64,000 bases of DNA. Source: Candidatus Altiarchaeota archaeon (GTDB lineage: Archaea > Altiarchaeota > Altiarchaeia > IMC4 > SCGC-AAA252-I15). The position numbers were made by a program, and so were the translations under genes. A model generated the notes under the pieces. The model was not told where the DNA came from, made no database searches, and saw only the letters and a list, made by a program, of their open reading frames with translations. Numbering within the stretch: the stretch's first letter is position 1; the number at the start of each line of letters is the position of its first letter. The stretch is from NCBI GenBank assembly GCA_043813075.1, contig JBDRLL010000006.1, forward strand, positions 1 through 64,000. Direction: 5' to 3'. Below, in pieces: positions 36,902 to 46,198 of the stretch.

Positions 36902-37973
36902 GTGGGGGGGTGTCACTCCAGGGCTTATCGTATTCACAACCACGCTAGTCGTGTATCTTAGCACAGTGTCTACAAACGTTGGTAGGGGGGATACGGGAGA
37001 ATTCCAGACGCTCCCATATGTGTTCGGCATAGCGCATCCAACGGGATACCCCACATACATCCTACTGGGTAGCGTATTCAGATGGATTCCGCTAGGTTCT
37101 TATGCATACAGGATTAACCTCATGTCCGCATTCTTCGGGTCGGTTACCGCATACCTCCTTTACAGGATTGTAATGAAGTACGCGGAAAACGTGTATGCCG
37201 CTTCAGCCGCCGCCCTAACCCTCGCCTTCAGCAAGCTATACTGGAGCCAGTCGGTCATAGCGGAAGCATATATCCTGAACGCATTCTTCCTCGTCTCATG
37301 CCTACTACTACTGCTTGAATGGAGGGATGGGGGAGACAACAGACTACTCTACGCGTTTAGCATACTATATGGCATTGGCTTAGGCAACCACATGTCCCTC
37401 GCACTCTACGCCCCGGCCTACGCATTCATAATACTTAGGAGGGATTGGAGGGTGCTGCTTGACGGCAGATTATTGAAGATGTTCGCCTTATTCGCCATAG
37501 GAGCCTCAGTCTACGCCTACATCCTAATACGCGACAACCCCGGGACCCCGATGAACTACATACACGAGTTCTCGGTGGAACACGGGACGTTCAACTACTC
37601 CGAAAACGCCGTTAAAGACAGGTTCGAGAGGCTTGGCTGGATGGTCAAGGGACGGCAGTTCAACGCAGACGAACTGACATACAAGAGGCTTACTAGCACC
37701 ATGGAAGAGCAGAGACTACGGGAGTCATGGGGAAGGATTATGGAGCAGATAACAGTCTTCGGGGCTATACTCTGCATCATTGGAGTCTCACGCCTCTTCA
37801 TGAAGGACAAGCCGATGCTGGCTGCAACAATCATCTTCTTCACGCTAAACACCATGAGGTTTGGTGGTGGAATGTACGAGCACAGCATACCTTCAGTGAT
37901 AATATGCTGCATATGGATAGGATTCGGTGTTGAACAAACGTCAGAATACGTGCGTCAGAGAGTGCTGGTGTAG
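36882..37973 (+). CDS. N-terminal half of a DUF2723/TMEM260-like glycosyltransferase
   Basis: GDTGEF, GIAHPTGYPTY, RINLMSAFF, WSQSVIAEAY, GLGNH; ends just after IPS...WIGFG. Confidence 0.85.
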   Translation: MSRKGNRWGGVTPGLIVFTTTLVVYLSTVSTNVGRGDTGEFQTLPYVFGIAHPTGYPTYILLGSVFRWIPLGSYAYRINLMSAFFGSVTAYLLYRIVMKYAENVYAASAAALTLAFSKLYWSQSVIAEAYILNAFFLVSCLLLLLEWRDGGDNRLLYAFSILYGIGLGNHMSLALYAPAYAFIILRRDWRVLLDGRLLKMFALFAIGASVYAYILIRDNPGTPMNYIHEFSVEHGTFNYSENAVKDRFERLGWMVKGRQFNADELTYKRLTSTMEEQRLRESWGRIMEQITVFGAILCIIGVSRLFMKDKPMLAATIIFFTLNTMRFGGGMYEHSIPSVIICCIWIGFGVEQTSEYVRQRVLV

Positions 37974-39517
37974 TTCACGTGCCTGAACAGCTGGGCGTAC
38001 CTTCGCTCGTCTATAATCTCGTAATCACCGCTCTCATTGACTGTATACACGGACTCCAGCTCATTGCGTACGAGACGCGTGTCAAGCAGGACGAAATCCA
38101 CGTCCGTGTCCGGATGCACTCCACTATCCTTGATGCCGTATAGGTTCACCCTAAACGGGTTGGGGAACATGTAGACACGCTCCCTGTGGGTCAGATGGGA
38201 CACAAAGTTGTAGGATGCCGAGACCCTAGCATCTTCTGGAATCAACTCCATCAACTCCAACACCTCAGCATACTCCCCATGAGGCCTGCCAAGCTTGGTT
38301 ATGGTATCCCAAGTCATCTCATAGTTGGATATCTTCGCTTCTCCAGGACCTATCTCCTCGTTCCCTATGAGGGTGAACACAACGAGTACAAGCAGGAGTC
38401 CGTATACACTCCATTTCCGTGACTTGTATCTGGCGACCCCGTTAATGATGGATATGAAGACGAATGGTATTATGGGGGTGACGTAGTGGAACCTGATTTC
38501 ATGGGCGTATGACCAGTCGGTGATCAAGTTGAGGTACAGGGAGGCTGCCGCTGCCATGGACGGCAGGTCCAGGAAGAAGAGGAATCCGGTTGGAAATAGG
38601 ACGTCCATGAAGTACTTGTAGTTCTTTGCTGTAACGACTTTGTTGAACATGAAGAATGGGTTGGTCAGGCTCTTGACCTTGTCCATCGTGGTCTTCCCGA
38701 AAGACCCGAGAGTCCTGCCGGTGTAGAACGCACCCTCAGTATTGAAGTAGGGGAAGAAGACGTGCATCACTAGCAGCACCCATATTAGTGACGTTGCCGT
38801 CGTGACCGCGCCGACACGCTTGTCTATCTTGAAGAATATGTATATGCCGAAGAGTATGTAGCTGAATGATATCTCCTCCTTGCATATGAGCGAGAAGAAA
38901 TACATCGCATAGTATGCGCGGAACCTCCTGTGCATTAGAAACCAGTAGCCGAAAAGCGTCAGGGGGACCATGAAGCTCTCATAATGGTAGCCTTGGTCGA
39001 GGTTAGAGTAGTGGACTGCGGGATAGAAGATGTATGCGAACGAGAATACCAGCGGAATCCAATAGCTGTCGAACTTATCCCTCGCAATAAGGTACACTGG
39101 TATGGCCCCGGCAGCCAGCACGAGAGTGTGCAGGAGTATCAGGGCGCGCACGTCATTCCAGAGCCAGTATAACGGGGCCACGAAGATGTGTATGAAAGAA
39201 GTGTGGTCTCCGAAGAAGTGAAGCCCCCTGGTCGTAAGGTAGGGTGTTTTAAAGCGGGATAAAAGCCAGATGCCCTGGTCAGGTATCCCCAAATCGAAGT
39301 TCCCATACCAGAACATGTTGTACTGGTTCAATACCGTGAAACAGAATACCAGCAGGTATAGACCGATCATGAGCGCCAGGATCATATAAGGAACTATCCT
39401 CGAACCCTTAATCCACCCACACGCAAGTGAGGCCTTATTCAAAATAGGCTTAAAACCCAATTTTTTCGCGATCCCAATCCTAGAGCTCTTCTTTGCCTTA
39501 CGTCCCTTAGAAGCCAC
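37955..39517 (-). CDS. DUF2079 membrane protein (GT-C-like)
   Basis: FDLGIPDQ, FGDHTS, YHYE, KEE, FHY, IP.DARVSAS, HLTHR; start estimated at GTG 39517. Confidence 0.82.
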   Translation of the reverse strand: MASKGRKAKKSSRIGIAKKLGFKPILNKASLACGWIKGSRIVPYMILALMIGLYLLVFCFTVLNQYNMFWYGNFDLGIPDQGIWLLSRFKTPYLTTRGLHFFGDHTSFIHIFVAPLYWLWNDVRALILLHTLVLAAGAIPVYLIARDKFDSYWIPLVFSFAYIFYPAVHYSNLDQGYHYESFMVPLTLFGYWFLMHRRFRAYYAMYFFSLICKEEISFSYILFGIYIFFKIDKRVGAVTTATSLIWVLLVMHVFFPYFNTEGAFYTGRTLGSFGKTTMDKVKSLTNPFFMFNKVVTAKNYKYFMDVLFPTGFLFFLDLPSMAAAASLYLNLITDWSYAHEIRFHYVTPIIPFVFISIINGVARYKSRKWSVYGLLLVLVVFTLIGNEEIGPGEAKISNYEMTWDTITKLGRPHGEYAEVLELMELIPEDARVSASYNFVSHLTHRERVYMFPNPFRVNLYGIKDSGVHPDTDVDFVLLDTRLVRNELESVYTVNESGDYEIIDERRYAQLFRHVNYTSTL

Positions 39518-39557
39518 TTTAGAAACAATATTTACATTAACAACATTAATATTAAGC

Positions 39558-40274
39558 ATGACCCGGGTTTTAGTGATGCTGCCCACATACAATGAGGCTG
39601 AGAACATAGGGAGCATTATAGGAGACATCCTGGAGCAAGGAGAGGATGTGGACGTGCTGGTTGTGGACGACTCTTCGCCGGACGGAACATGGAGGATAGT
39701 GGAGGGGATTTCATCAGAGAACTCCAGGGTCAATCTACTGAAGCGCGAGGGAAAGAGGGGTAGGGGCCTGGCGGGGGTGGAGGGATACAAGTACGGTATT
39801 GAGAACAAGTACGATGCCATACTTGAGATGGACGCGGACTACAGCCATGACCCGGAGCACATACCTGAACTCCTTAAAGCCCTTGAAGACGCAGACGTCG
39901 TTCTTGGGTCTAGGCTGGTGGAAGGCGGGATGGAGACGGGTAGACCGTGGATGCGGAGGATTATCACAAAACTCGCAAACACATATATAAGGCTGATGCT
40001 GGGGTTGGACGTGAGGGACTGCAATTCCGGATTCAGATGCTTCAAACGCGAGGTGCTTGAGGCCATAAAGCCGGAGACCATAACGTCTGAGGGACCTGGC
40101 ATAGTGCAGGAGGCACTTTTCAAGGCCCACTTAAAAGGATTCAGGATAAGGGAGGTCCCCATACGATTCAAAGACAGGGTTGCCGGGGAATCCAAGCTGG
40201 GTGTAGGCGCTTTAATTAGCGGATACACTTTAATATTAAAGTTGAAGTTTCATAGTATGTTAGGTGGTGATTGA
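39558..40274 (+). CDS. Polyprenol/dolichol-phosphate mannose synthase-like GT2
   Basis: PTYNEAENI, VDDSSPDGT, MDADYSHDP, D.NSGFR. Confidence 0.9.
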   Translation: MTRVLVMLPTYNEAENIGSIIGDILEQGEDVDVLVVDDSSPDGTWRIVEGISSENSRVNLLKREGKRGRGLAGVEGYKYGIENKYDAILEMDADYSHDPEHIPELLKALEDADVVLGSRLVEGGMETGRPWMRRIITKLANTYIRLMLGLDVRDCNSGFRCFKREVLEAIKPETITSEGPGIVQEALFKAHLKGFRIREVPIRFKDRVAGESKLGVGALISGYTLILKLKFHSMLGGD

Positions 40275-41214
40275 AATAAGGGTTCTGGTCACAGGCGCAA
40301 GCGGCTTCATAGGCTCCCACCTATGCCGGCTACTTCTTGAGGAAGGATGTGAAGTCTACGCCTCGTACCTTTATGACGAGGAATTGTACAGGATAAACGA
40401 CATCAAGGAGGAGGTCACTATGATGAAGTGCGATGTCGCTGACAGAAACAGGGTGGAAGCCGCGATAGAGGAGGCGGAGCCGGAAGTGGTCTACCACCTG
40501 GCAGCCCAGAGCTTCCCGACGGTATCCTGGGAGAAGCCGGCTGAAACACTTAGGACTAACGCTGAAGGCACTGTCAACATATTCGAGTCGGTGATGAGGC
40601 AAGACCTGGACTCGAGGATAATAGTAGCGTGCTCGAGCGCGGAATACGGGCTGGTGAGGGAAGATGAAGTCCCAGTCAACGAGGAACACACCCTCCTGCC
40701 ACTGCACCCGTATGGGGTAAGCAAGGTGGCGCAGGACCTTCTGGCATACCAGTACCATAAGAACCACGGCGTGAAGACGGTCAGGCTTAGGGTATTCAAC
40801 ACCACGGGCCCCAGCAAGACCAATGACGTGTGCAGCGACTTCACCCGGAGGGCTGTTGAGGCTGAGAAGAAAGGCGGTGGAGTGATGAGGGTGGGGAACC
40901 TGGAGCCCAGGAGGGATTTCACTGACGTGAGGGACATGGTGAGGGCGTTCCGCCTGTCCACCAAGCTGGCGGACAAGGGGGACGTATACAACGTGTGCTC
41001 CATGAAGGCTGTGAAAGTAAGGGAAGTGCTGGACACAATACTATCTCTGACAGAGAACGTCACCTCCGAGATTGATGAAGCACTCTTAAGGCCCAGCGAC
41101 GAGCCGGTGATACTGGGAGACAACACGAAAATAAGGAAGGCGTGTGGGTGGAAGCCGGAAGTGGCGTTGGATAAGACTCTTTCAGACATGATGGACTACT
41201 GGAGAGGCATGTGA
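40264..41214 (+). CDS. GDP-sugar SDR (Rmd/Gmd-like)
   Basis: TGASGFIG, HLAAQS, SSAEYG, PYGVSK, GNL...RDFTDVRD. Confidence 0.85.
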   Translation: MVIEIRVLVTGASGFIGSHLCRLLLEEGCEVYASYLYDEELYRINDIKEEVTMMKCDVADRNRVEAAIEEAEPEVVYHLAAQSFPTVSWEKPAETLRTNAEGTVNIFESVMRQDLDSRIIVACSSAEYGLVREDEVPVNEEHTLLPLHPYGVSKVAQDLLAYQYHKNHGVKTVRLRVFNTTGPSKTNDVCSDFTRRAVEAEKKGGGVMRVGNLEPRRDFTDVRDMVRAFRLSTKLADKGDVYNVCSMKAVKVREVLDTILSLTENVTSEIDEALLRPSDEPVILGDNTKIRKACGWKPEVALDKTLSDMMDYWRGM

Positions 41215-41215
41215 A

Positions 41216-42334
41216 CTAGACGCATAACACGCATATCTCGTCGCCTGCTATGAAGGCGTCGCAGTTGGCGTCCACATACTGGCCTATCTTCTTATGCCTG
41301 AGTTGGCATGCTGCTTGCGCTGACTGCAGGTCGCGCTGGCAGCTGCTGCCTGGAAGCACGTTACTGCAGCTAACTGGTGGTGACTGGGACTTGCAGGTGA
41401 CGCACAATTCATCTCCAGGATTGAATGCATCGCAGTTGGCATTAACAGTCTGGTCCACCACCTTGCCCTGAAGCTGGCATGAAGACTGTGCCGCCTGGAG
41501 GGTGCGCTGGCAGCTGCTGCCCTGCAGGACGCTGCTGCACTTGACTGCAGGTGACGGAGACTTGCATTTAACGCACAATTCGTCCCCTGGATTCATGCGG
41601 TCGCAGTTAGCCTGCTGGGTCTGGTCGATGACCATGTTCATAAGCTGGCATGAAGACTGTGCCGCCTGCATGTCGCGCTGGCAGCTGCTGCCTGGAAGCA
41701 CCTGGTTGCAGGGCGTGAAAGGTGAAGGCGCCTTGCAAGTGACGCAGACTTCTGGTCCGATCCTGAATGCATCACAGTCAACGGTGATTACCTGGTCGAC
41801 GACCATGTTCTTAAGCCCGCACGCCGCCTGGGCTGCCTGAAGGTCGCGCTGACAGCTACTGCCTGGAAGCACCTTGCGACAGGAGGACTTTGGGGGAAGG
41901 GTTGTGGTCGTGGTTGTGGACTTACACTGCCTTAAGCCCCTGCAGTCAGGGTCCTTGCAGTCGACCAGGCCGTCACAGTCGTCGTCCGCCTTGTTAGAGC
42001 ATTTTTTCCCCTTCTCGCTCCCGGATTTCTTGCAGTTGGGGTCTGCGCAGTCTATGAGTCCGTCACAGTCGTCGTCAACCCCGTTAGAGCATTTATTACG
42101 CATCTCCTTCCCCCGCATCGAGTTCTTGCATCCAGGATCCTTGCAGTCGACCAGGCCGTCGCGGTCGTCATCCACACCGTTAGAGCACTTCTTCCTGCCC
42201 TTCTCAGGACGTGACTTGCCCTTCTTGGAGGATACTGTTGAGGCAAGAGCCCAAGTCACTAGGATAAGCACCATGATGACTACAAGAGTCTTCTGGCTTG
42301 TTTTTCGGAGCCTTACATTCATAGAGGAGGACAT
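41216..42334 (-). CDS. Secreted Cys-rich repeat protein
   Basis: Signal peptide; 3x CSNxxDDDxDGLxDCxDPxC; poly-Thr; 4x 57-aa six-Cys repeat, also visible as a 171-bp DNA repeat. Confidence 0.8.
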   Translation of the reverse strand: MSSSMNVRLRKTSQKTLVVIMVLILVTWALASTVSSKKGKSRPEKGRKKCSNGVDDDRDGLVDCKDPGCKNSMRGKEMRNKCSNGVDDDCDGLIDCADPNCKKSGSEKGKKCSNKADDDCDGLVDCKDPDCRGLRQCKSTTTTTTLPPKSSCRKVLPGSSCQRDLQAAQAACGLKNMVVDQVITVDCDAFRIGPEVCVTCKAPSPFTPCNQVLPGSSCQRDMQAAQSSCQLMNMVIDQTQQANCDRMNPGDELCVKCKSPSPAVKCSSVLQGSSCQRTLQAAQSSCQLQGKVVDQTVNANCDAFNPGDELCVTCKSQSPPVSCSNVLPGSSCQRDLQSAQAACQLRHKKIGQYVDANCDAFIAGDEICVLCV

Positions 42335-42371
42335 TACGTAAAGATAATAGGCGTATTTAATTAAAAAAAAG

Positions 42372-44360
42372 TCAGGTGAAGCAGGGCATCCAGTCGAGTG
42401 GCGTGTCGTCTGCAACATCCGCTTCACCGAGCTTGCTGCAGTATCCAAGGTCGCTTTCACCGGTGACTATGAAGTTGTACGTGTTCCCAGTCAAGTCCGC
42501 CAACCGCGGGTTGTTGAAGTTCACCTCACACGTCATGTTGTAGTACGTCGGATCCGCGTCAACATACTCTGTCTTGCATGCGTCAAGGAATAGGTAGTCT
42601 GTGCCATTGTCAAGGTAGAACGCCCAGTAAGTCTCCTCGTCAAAGCCGTGAGTACCAAGCCAGTATACGCTGACATCCTTGACGTCGCCGCATGTGACAG
42701 GCTCCCCGTCAACGTTAATCCAGTATATCCTGTCGATAGTACCTCCTGGAATGCATTTCTCCTTAAGGCCTCCGGGATTGAATCCGGACAGCTCGGTGTA
42801 GGATATGCAGCCCTTTAGGAGCACGTTCCTGCTGTAGACTGCGTCGGCGATGAAGTTCATTTCTGGCGTGCAGTAGCCGGCGTAATCCTCTGCAGTGACT
42901 ATAAGGTTATGGAATCCGTCGGCAGCATCCAGGTTGACGGGCACGTTCACGTTGCATATCATGTCGTAGTTGTATGCGCGCTCAGGATCCTCGGGGGTTG
43001 TGTTCGTGCTATTGCAGGAGTCCAGATAGTGGGCTCCATCATCCAGGAAGAAAGCCCAGTGATTGAAGTCGCTGTTATGGTTGCCATGCCATCTGACGGT
43101 GATGTCAAGGGACTTGCCGCACTGTAGGGGACGCAGCACTGTGACGTCGTCTATGACGACCACTGGATTAGCGCCGTCAAAACAATCGAATTGAGCCTCC
43201 CCGACGCATGACACGACGTGGGTGTTGGGGGACAGCGTTGTCGTCGTGGTTGTCGACACTATAGGTTCATATCGTCCGCTACTCCATATAACAACCCTCT
43301 GCTTGAATGTGTTTTTCAGTATCCTCTGTTTCCCGCTCAACAGGGTCAGGTCATCCATAGGCTCGCTGAATGACGCTGTCTTGACACTGCTGACGAAATC
43401 TGGAACCTCATCGCTCATAACGTGGTTTCCGACGATGCACTCCTTGATGCTGTTCGGGTTTCCATAGGACCAGGTATTGCTGTTTCGGGGGTCGTAGAGT
43501 GCATCAGTGGTCAGTAGGACAACGTCTATCAGGCTGTTGGGGTCTGTGTTGTCAAAGTATAGTTGTATCGAGTGTCCAGCGAATACACCGCCGACCTTGC
43601 TCCATTCAACGGAGCCTCTTAGAGTATTGAAGATGTAGAACGGCTCGCCGTCGACGACTATCTGGAGCACAGTGCTGCTGCTGAGGCCCCTAACCCATAT
43701 GTGGTAGTAGCCTGGAGTCGTCTCAACAGTCTTCACGTTGTTGCCGTCATACTGCAGTTCGCTCATGAAACCGGCGGAACAACCGCGACTACATCGACTG
43801 GTCGTGTTAAACCCCCAGAATCGCTCGTCCTCAGCCTCAATCCATATGTGGGTGTCTGTGGTGTGGTTTGTTATGGTGAAGTTGAATCCGTTGAGGCATG
43901 ATACTGGACGGTTATTTTCGTCGAGATGAATGCCCTGCATGCAACCAACATCTGACGTGTTGATGCACGAGTATACTATGTAGAAGTCGTATCTGCTGGA
44001 GCCGAGAAGACTCCTCCTTATATCAGTGTAATTCTCCTCCAGGTTCTTGATGAAATTCAACAGCTTATCAGGGTCGACGATACGATCCTGGAAGAAGACT
44101 CGCTCGCCGACAGGGGTTATGTCCGAAAGACCGTAGACTTTAACCGTATCCTGCTTCCAGTCTTCAGGGTATCCGGGAGTCTTAACCAGCTGCTCGCCGA
44201 CGGAGTCTGACAGCCACTGCATCTCGAATATCCTAAGGTCGCCGCTGATGTCCATTGTGACCGAATCCCAGAGGTAGATTACTATGGAGAATATGACTAG
44301 GAACAATACCGCCGAGAATGTGAGATCCCATGTGAATACCTGCCCCCTGCCCCCCCTCAA
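42372..44360 (-). CDS. Large type IV pilin-like protein with duplicated C-terminal domain
   Basis: RG|QVFTWDL, LVKTPGYPEDW, Thr linker, two W.G.H...WAF.LD.G...C...IVT.E...GYC domains; start estimated at TTG 44360. Confidence 0.75.
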   Translation of the reverse strand: MRGGRGQVFTWDLTFSAVLFLVIFSIVIYLWDSVTMDISGDLRIFEMQWLSDSVGEQLVKTPGYPEDWKQDTVKVYGLSDITPVGERVFFQDRIVDPDKLLNFIKNLEENYTDIRRSLLGSSRYDFYIVYSCINTSDVGCMQGIHLDENNRPVSCLNGFNFTITNHTTDTHIWIEAEDERFWGFNTTSRCSRGCSAGFMSELQYDGNNVKTVETTPGYYHIWVRGLSSSTVLQIVVDGEPFYIFNTLRGSVEWSKVGGVFAGHSIQLYFDNTDPNSLIDVVLLTTDALYDPRNSNTWSYGNPNSIKECIVGNHVMSDEVPDFVSSVKTASFSEPMDDLTLLSGKQRILKNTFKQRVVIWSSGRYEPIVSTTTTTTLSPNTHVVSCVGEAQFDCFDGANPVVVIDDVTVLRPLQCGKSLDITVRWHGNHNSDFNHWAFFLDDGAHYLDSCNSTNTTPEDPERAYNYDMICNVNVPVNLDAADGFHNLIVTAEDYAGYCTPEMNFIADAVYSRNVLLKGCISYTELSGFNPGGLKEKCIPGGTIDRIYWINVDGEPVTCGDVKDVSVYWLGTHGFDEETYWAFYLDNGTDYLFLDACKTEYVDADPTYYNMTCEVNFNNPRLADLTGNTYNFIVTGESDLGYCSKLGEADVADDTPLDWMPCFT

Positions 44361-44361
44361 C

Positions 44362-45318
44362 TTAGGGATACGTGATGCATACGTCATCGTTAGTGTTTAA
44401 AGTGATTTTACTGCCGTCAGCGTTAATCCATACCCAGTCAGTACCCAACGGCGCTTCGAGGGGGTTAATACACATCCTGAAGCCCGTGGAGTTGAAGACA
44501 AACATTACCCCATCCAATTCTCCTGGTGTTGGGTTCCATACGCCCTCAGGCTCGACGTTCAGGCTGAACTCGCCCACATCGTCGGAGTATATGCTATCCA
44601 GATCCCCCATTATGTCGTGGAAATCCATCTTCACCACATCGTCGACCTTGTGGCGTATCACGAAGTCCAGTTGATCGGAATCCGTGTCCTCATACACATA
44701 CATCAGGCTGCCGCCGTTGACGAGATGGGTTTCAGCCATGGACGTGGAAGCGAGGTAAGCGTCGTCAGAACCGATGAAAGGAGAGACCATCACATTCAAG
44801 CCGCGGGACATGAGATTGTATCTCTCGGTGATGTAAACCCTGCCCTGACGCCTCAACACCCTCGCGTCAATGGACTCGTTGACGTGGATGCACCTCTCGC
44901 TCACACTCACATTGCAGAGTCCATTGCAATGCCGGAGAAAACACTCCACCCTCATCGTTGATATTGGAGCGCTGAAGTAGAGGGTCTTACCCCTCGCGAA
45001 AGCAGACCCCTTGACGAAGACTGTAGGCTGGTCTGGGAAGAAACTCACGTTATAATCGCTGAAAGCATAAAGACGGGCTGGAATGTTGAAATACATCCAG
45101 TAGCCGTCACCCACCATGTTGACGGTGTTGATATTGTCGGCAATAGAGGTCACAGCAAGGAGGCCATCTATGTAAACCTTGAAGTCGCTTGTTCTGACAT
45201 ACTTCAGGTATATAACGTAACTGGACATCATGAAGATCATGAGGAGGATTCCCATGACTGCGATAAACTCGACTGTTACTTGACTTGAATTCGACTTGCA
45301 GTGGATCATTGCAGGCAA
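44362..45318 (-). CDS. Type IV pilin-like protein
   Basis: SS|QVTVEF plus hydrophobic helix; IADNIN.V...GDG. Confidence 0.7.
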   Translation of the reverse strand: MPAMIHCKSNSSQVTVEFIAVMGILLMIFMMSSYVIYLKYVRTSDFKVYIDGLLAVTSIADNINTVNMVGDGYWMYFNIPARLYAFSDYNVSFFPDQPTVFVKGSAFARGKTLYFSAPISTMRVECFLRHCNGLCNVSVSERCIHVNESIDARVLRRQGRVYITERYNLMSRGLNVMVSPFIGSDDAYLASTSMAETHLVNGGSLMYVYEDTDSDQLDFVIRHKVDDVVKMDFHDIMGDLDSIYSDDVGEFSLNVEPEGVWNPTPGELDGVMFVFNSTGFRMCINPLEAPLGTDWVWINADGSKITLNTNDDVCITYP

Positions 45319-45325
45319 ACCATAA

Positions 45326-45754
45326 TCATATCTGGGTTACATTAATCTCCGTGTCCGAAAGGGACTCGACCCTGAATACGTAATAACCCTCCCTAACCAG
45401 ACCAGATAGATCGCCGTAGACCCTGCCTTTTGAGACGCTGTATATGTCGGTGTAGGAGGGACCGATGCCGACGCGGACGTTGAACGTGTTATTGTTCAGG
45501 ATAGAAGCTTCCTCAACATTAGGGGGTATGTATATGTTGACTTGGGTTCTGGAGGGGTGGCCGTGGACGTATATGAAGTCGGATGCGTCTCTAAGCTTCT
45601 CGACCGCACGGTAAGCGGAATCCACCCCAACCTGGGCGCTTGACGTGGATATGAGGGTGCTCGTTACGTAGAGTATGGCCGAGAATACGGCAAGCGATAG
45701 TGCAAGCATTATCATGTATTCAAGCGATGCCTGGCCCCTTCTAAACCCGTTCAT
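45326..45754 (-). CDS. Type IV pilin (class III signal, QxSxE type)
   Basis: RRG|QASLEYMIML plus hydrophobic helix; 142 aa. Confidence 0.85.
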   Translation of the reverse strand: MNGFRRGQASLEYMIMLALSLAVFSAILYVTSTLISTSSAQVGVDSAYRAVEKLRDASDFIYVHGHPSRTQVNIYIPPNVEEASILNNNTFNVRVGIGPSYTDIYSVSKGRVYGDLSGLVREGYYVFRVESLSDTEINVTQI

Positions 45755-45841
45755 GATGTACGCCTCTTGAATAATATTTATATATAGACTACATATAAAG
45801 TAGCCTATAAAATATGGACAAGACTTAGGGGTTTGATAGAC

Positions 45842-46144
45842 ATGGAATACGAGACGATTGTGAGTGAATACGTGGACTACGGCAGGAACAAGTTCATAGA
45901 GGTTTCTAGGAAGAAGGTTCTGCCAGACCAGACAGAGTTTTTGAACATCTCCAAGGGGTATTACACTCCTGACGGAGAAAAGAGATACCAGAGAGGTATC
46001 GGATTCCCGGTTGAGGAATCGATTGTCAGCAGCCTTATCAACAAGCTGCAGATAGTCATATCCTCTGCTGAGGGGAGTTCTGGGTCGTCCTCAGAGATGA
46101 TGGATGAATCCCAGGATGAGGTTCAAGAATCTCCGATGGAGTAG
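45842..46144 (+). CDS. Small PC4/PUR-like nucleic-acid-binding protein with acidic tail
   Basis: NKFIEVSRKK...FLNISKGYY...RYQRGIGFP followed by a helix. Confidence 0.55.
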   Translation: MEYETIVSEYVDYGRNKFIEVSRKKVLPDQTEFLNISKGYYTPDGEKRYQRGIGFPVEESIVSSLINKLQIVISSAEGSSGSSSEMMDESQDEVQESPME

Positions 46145-46198
46145 GTATAATAGTAGTGGACCTATCTGGAAGGCATTCTATTGGGCTCTGACATGAAG

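Noticed and set aside
39518-39820. N-terminal extension of the DUF2079 ORF
   Set aside because: It is antisense to the Dol-P-Man synthase-like gene
41216-42200. Regularly spaced DNA repeats as a CRISPR array or DGR template
   Set aside because: In-frame coding repeats (171 bp); no unique spacers, cas genes or reverse transcriptase
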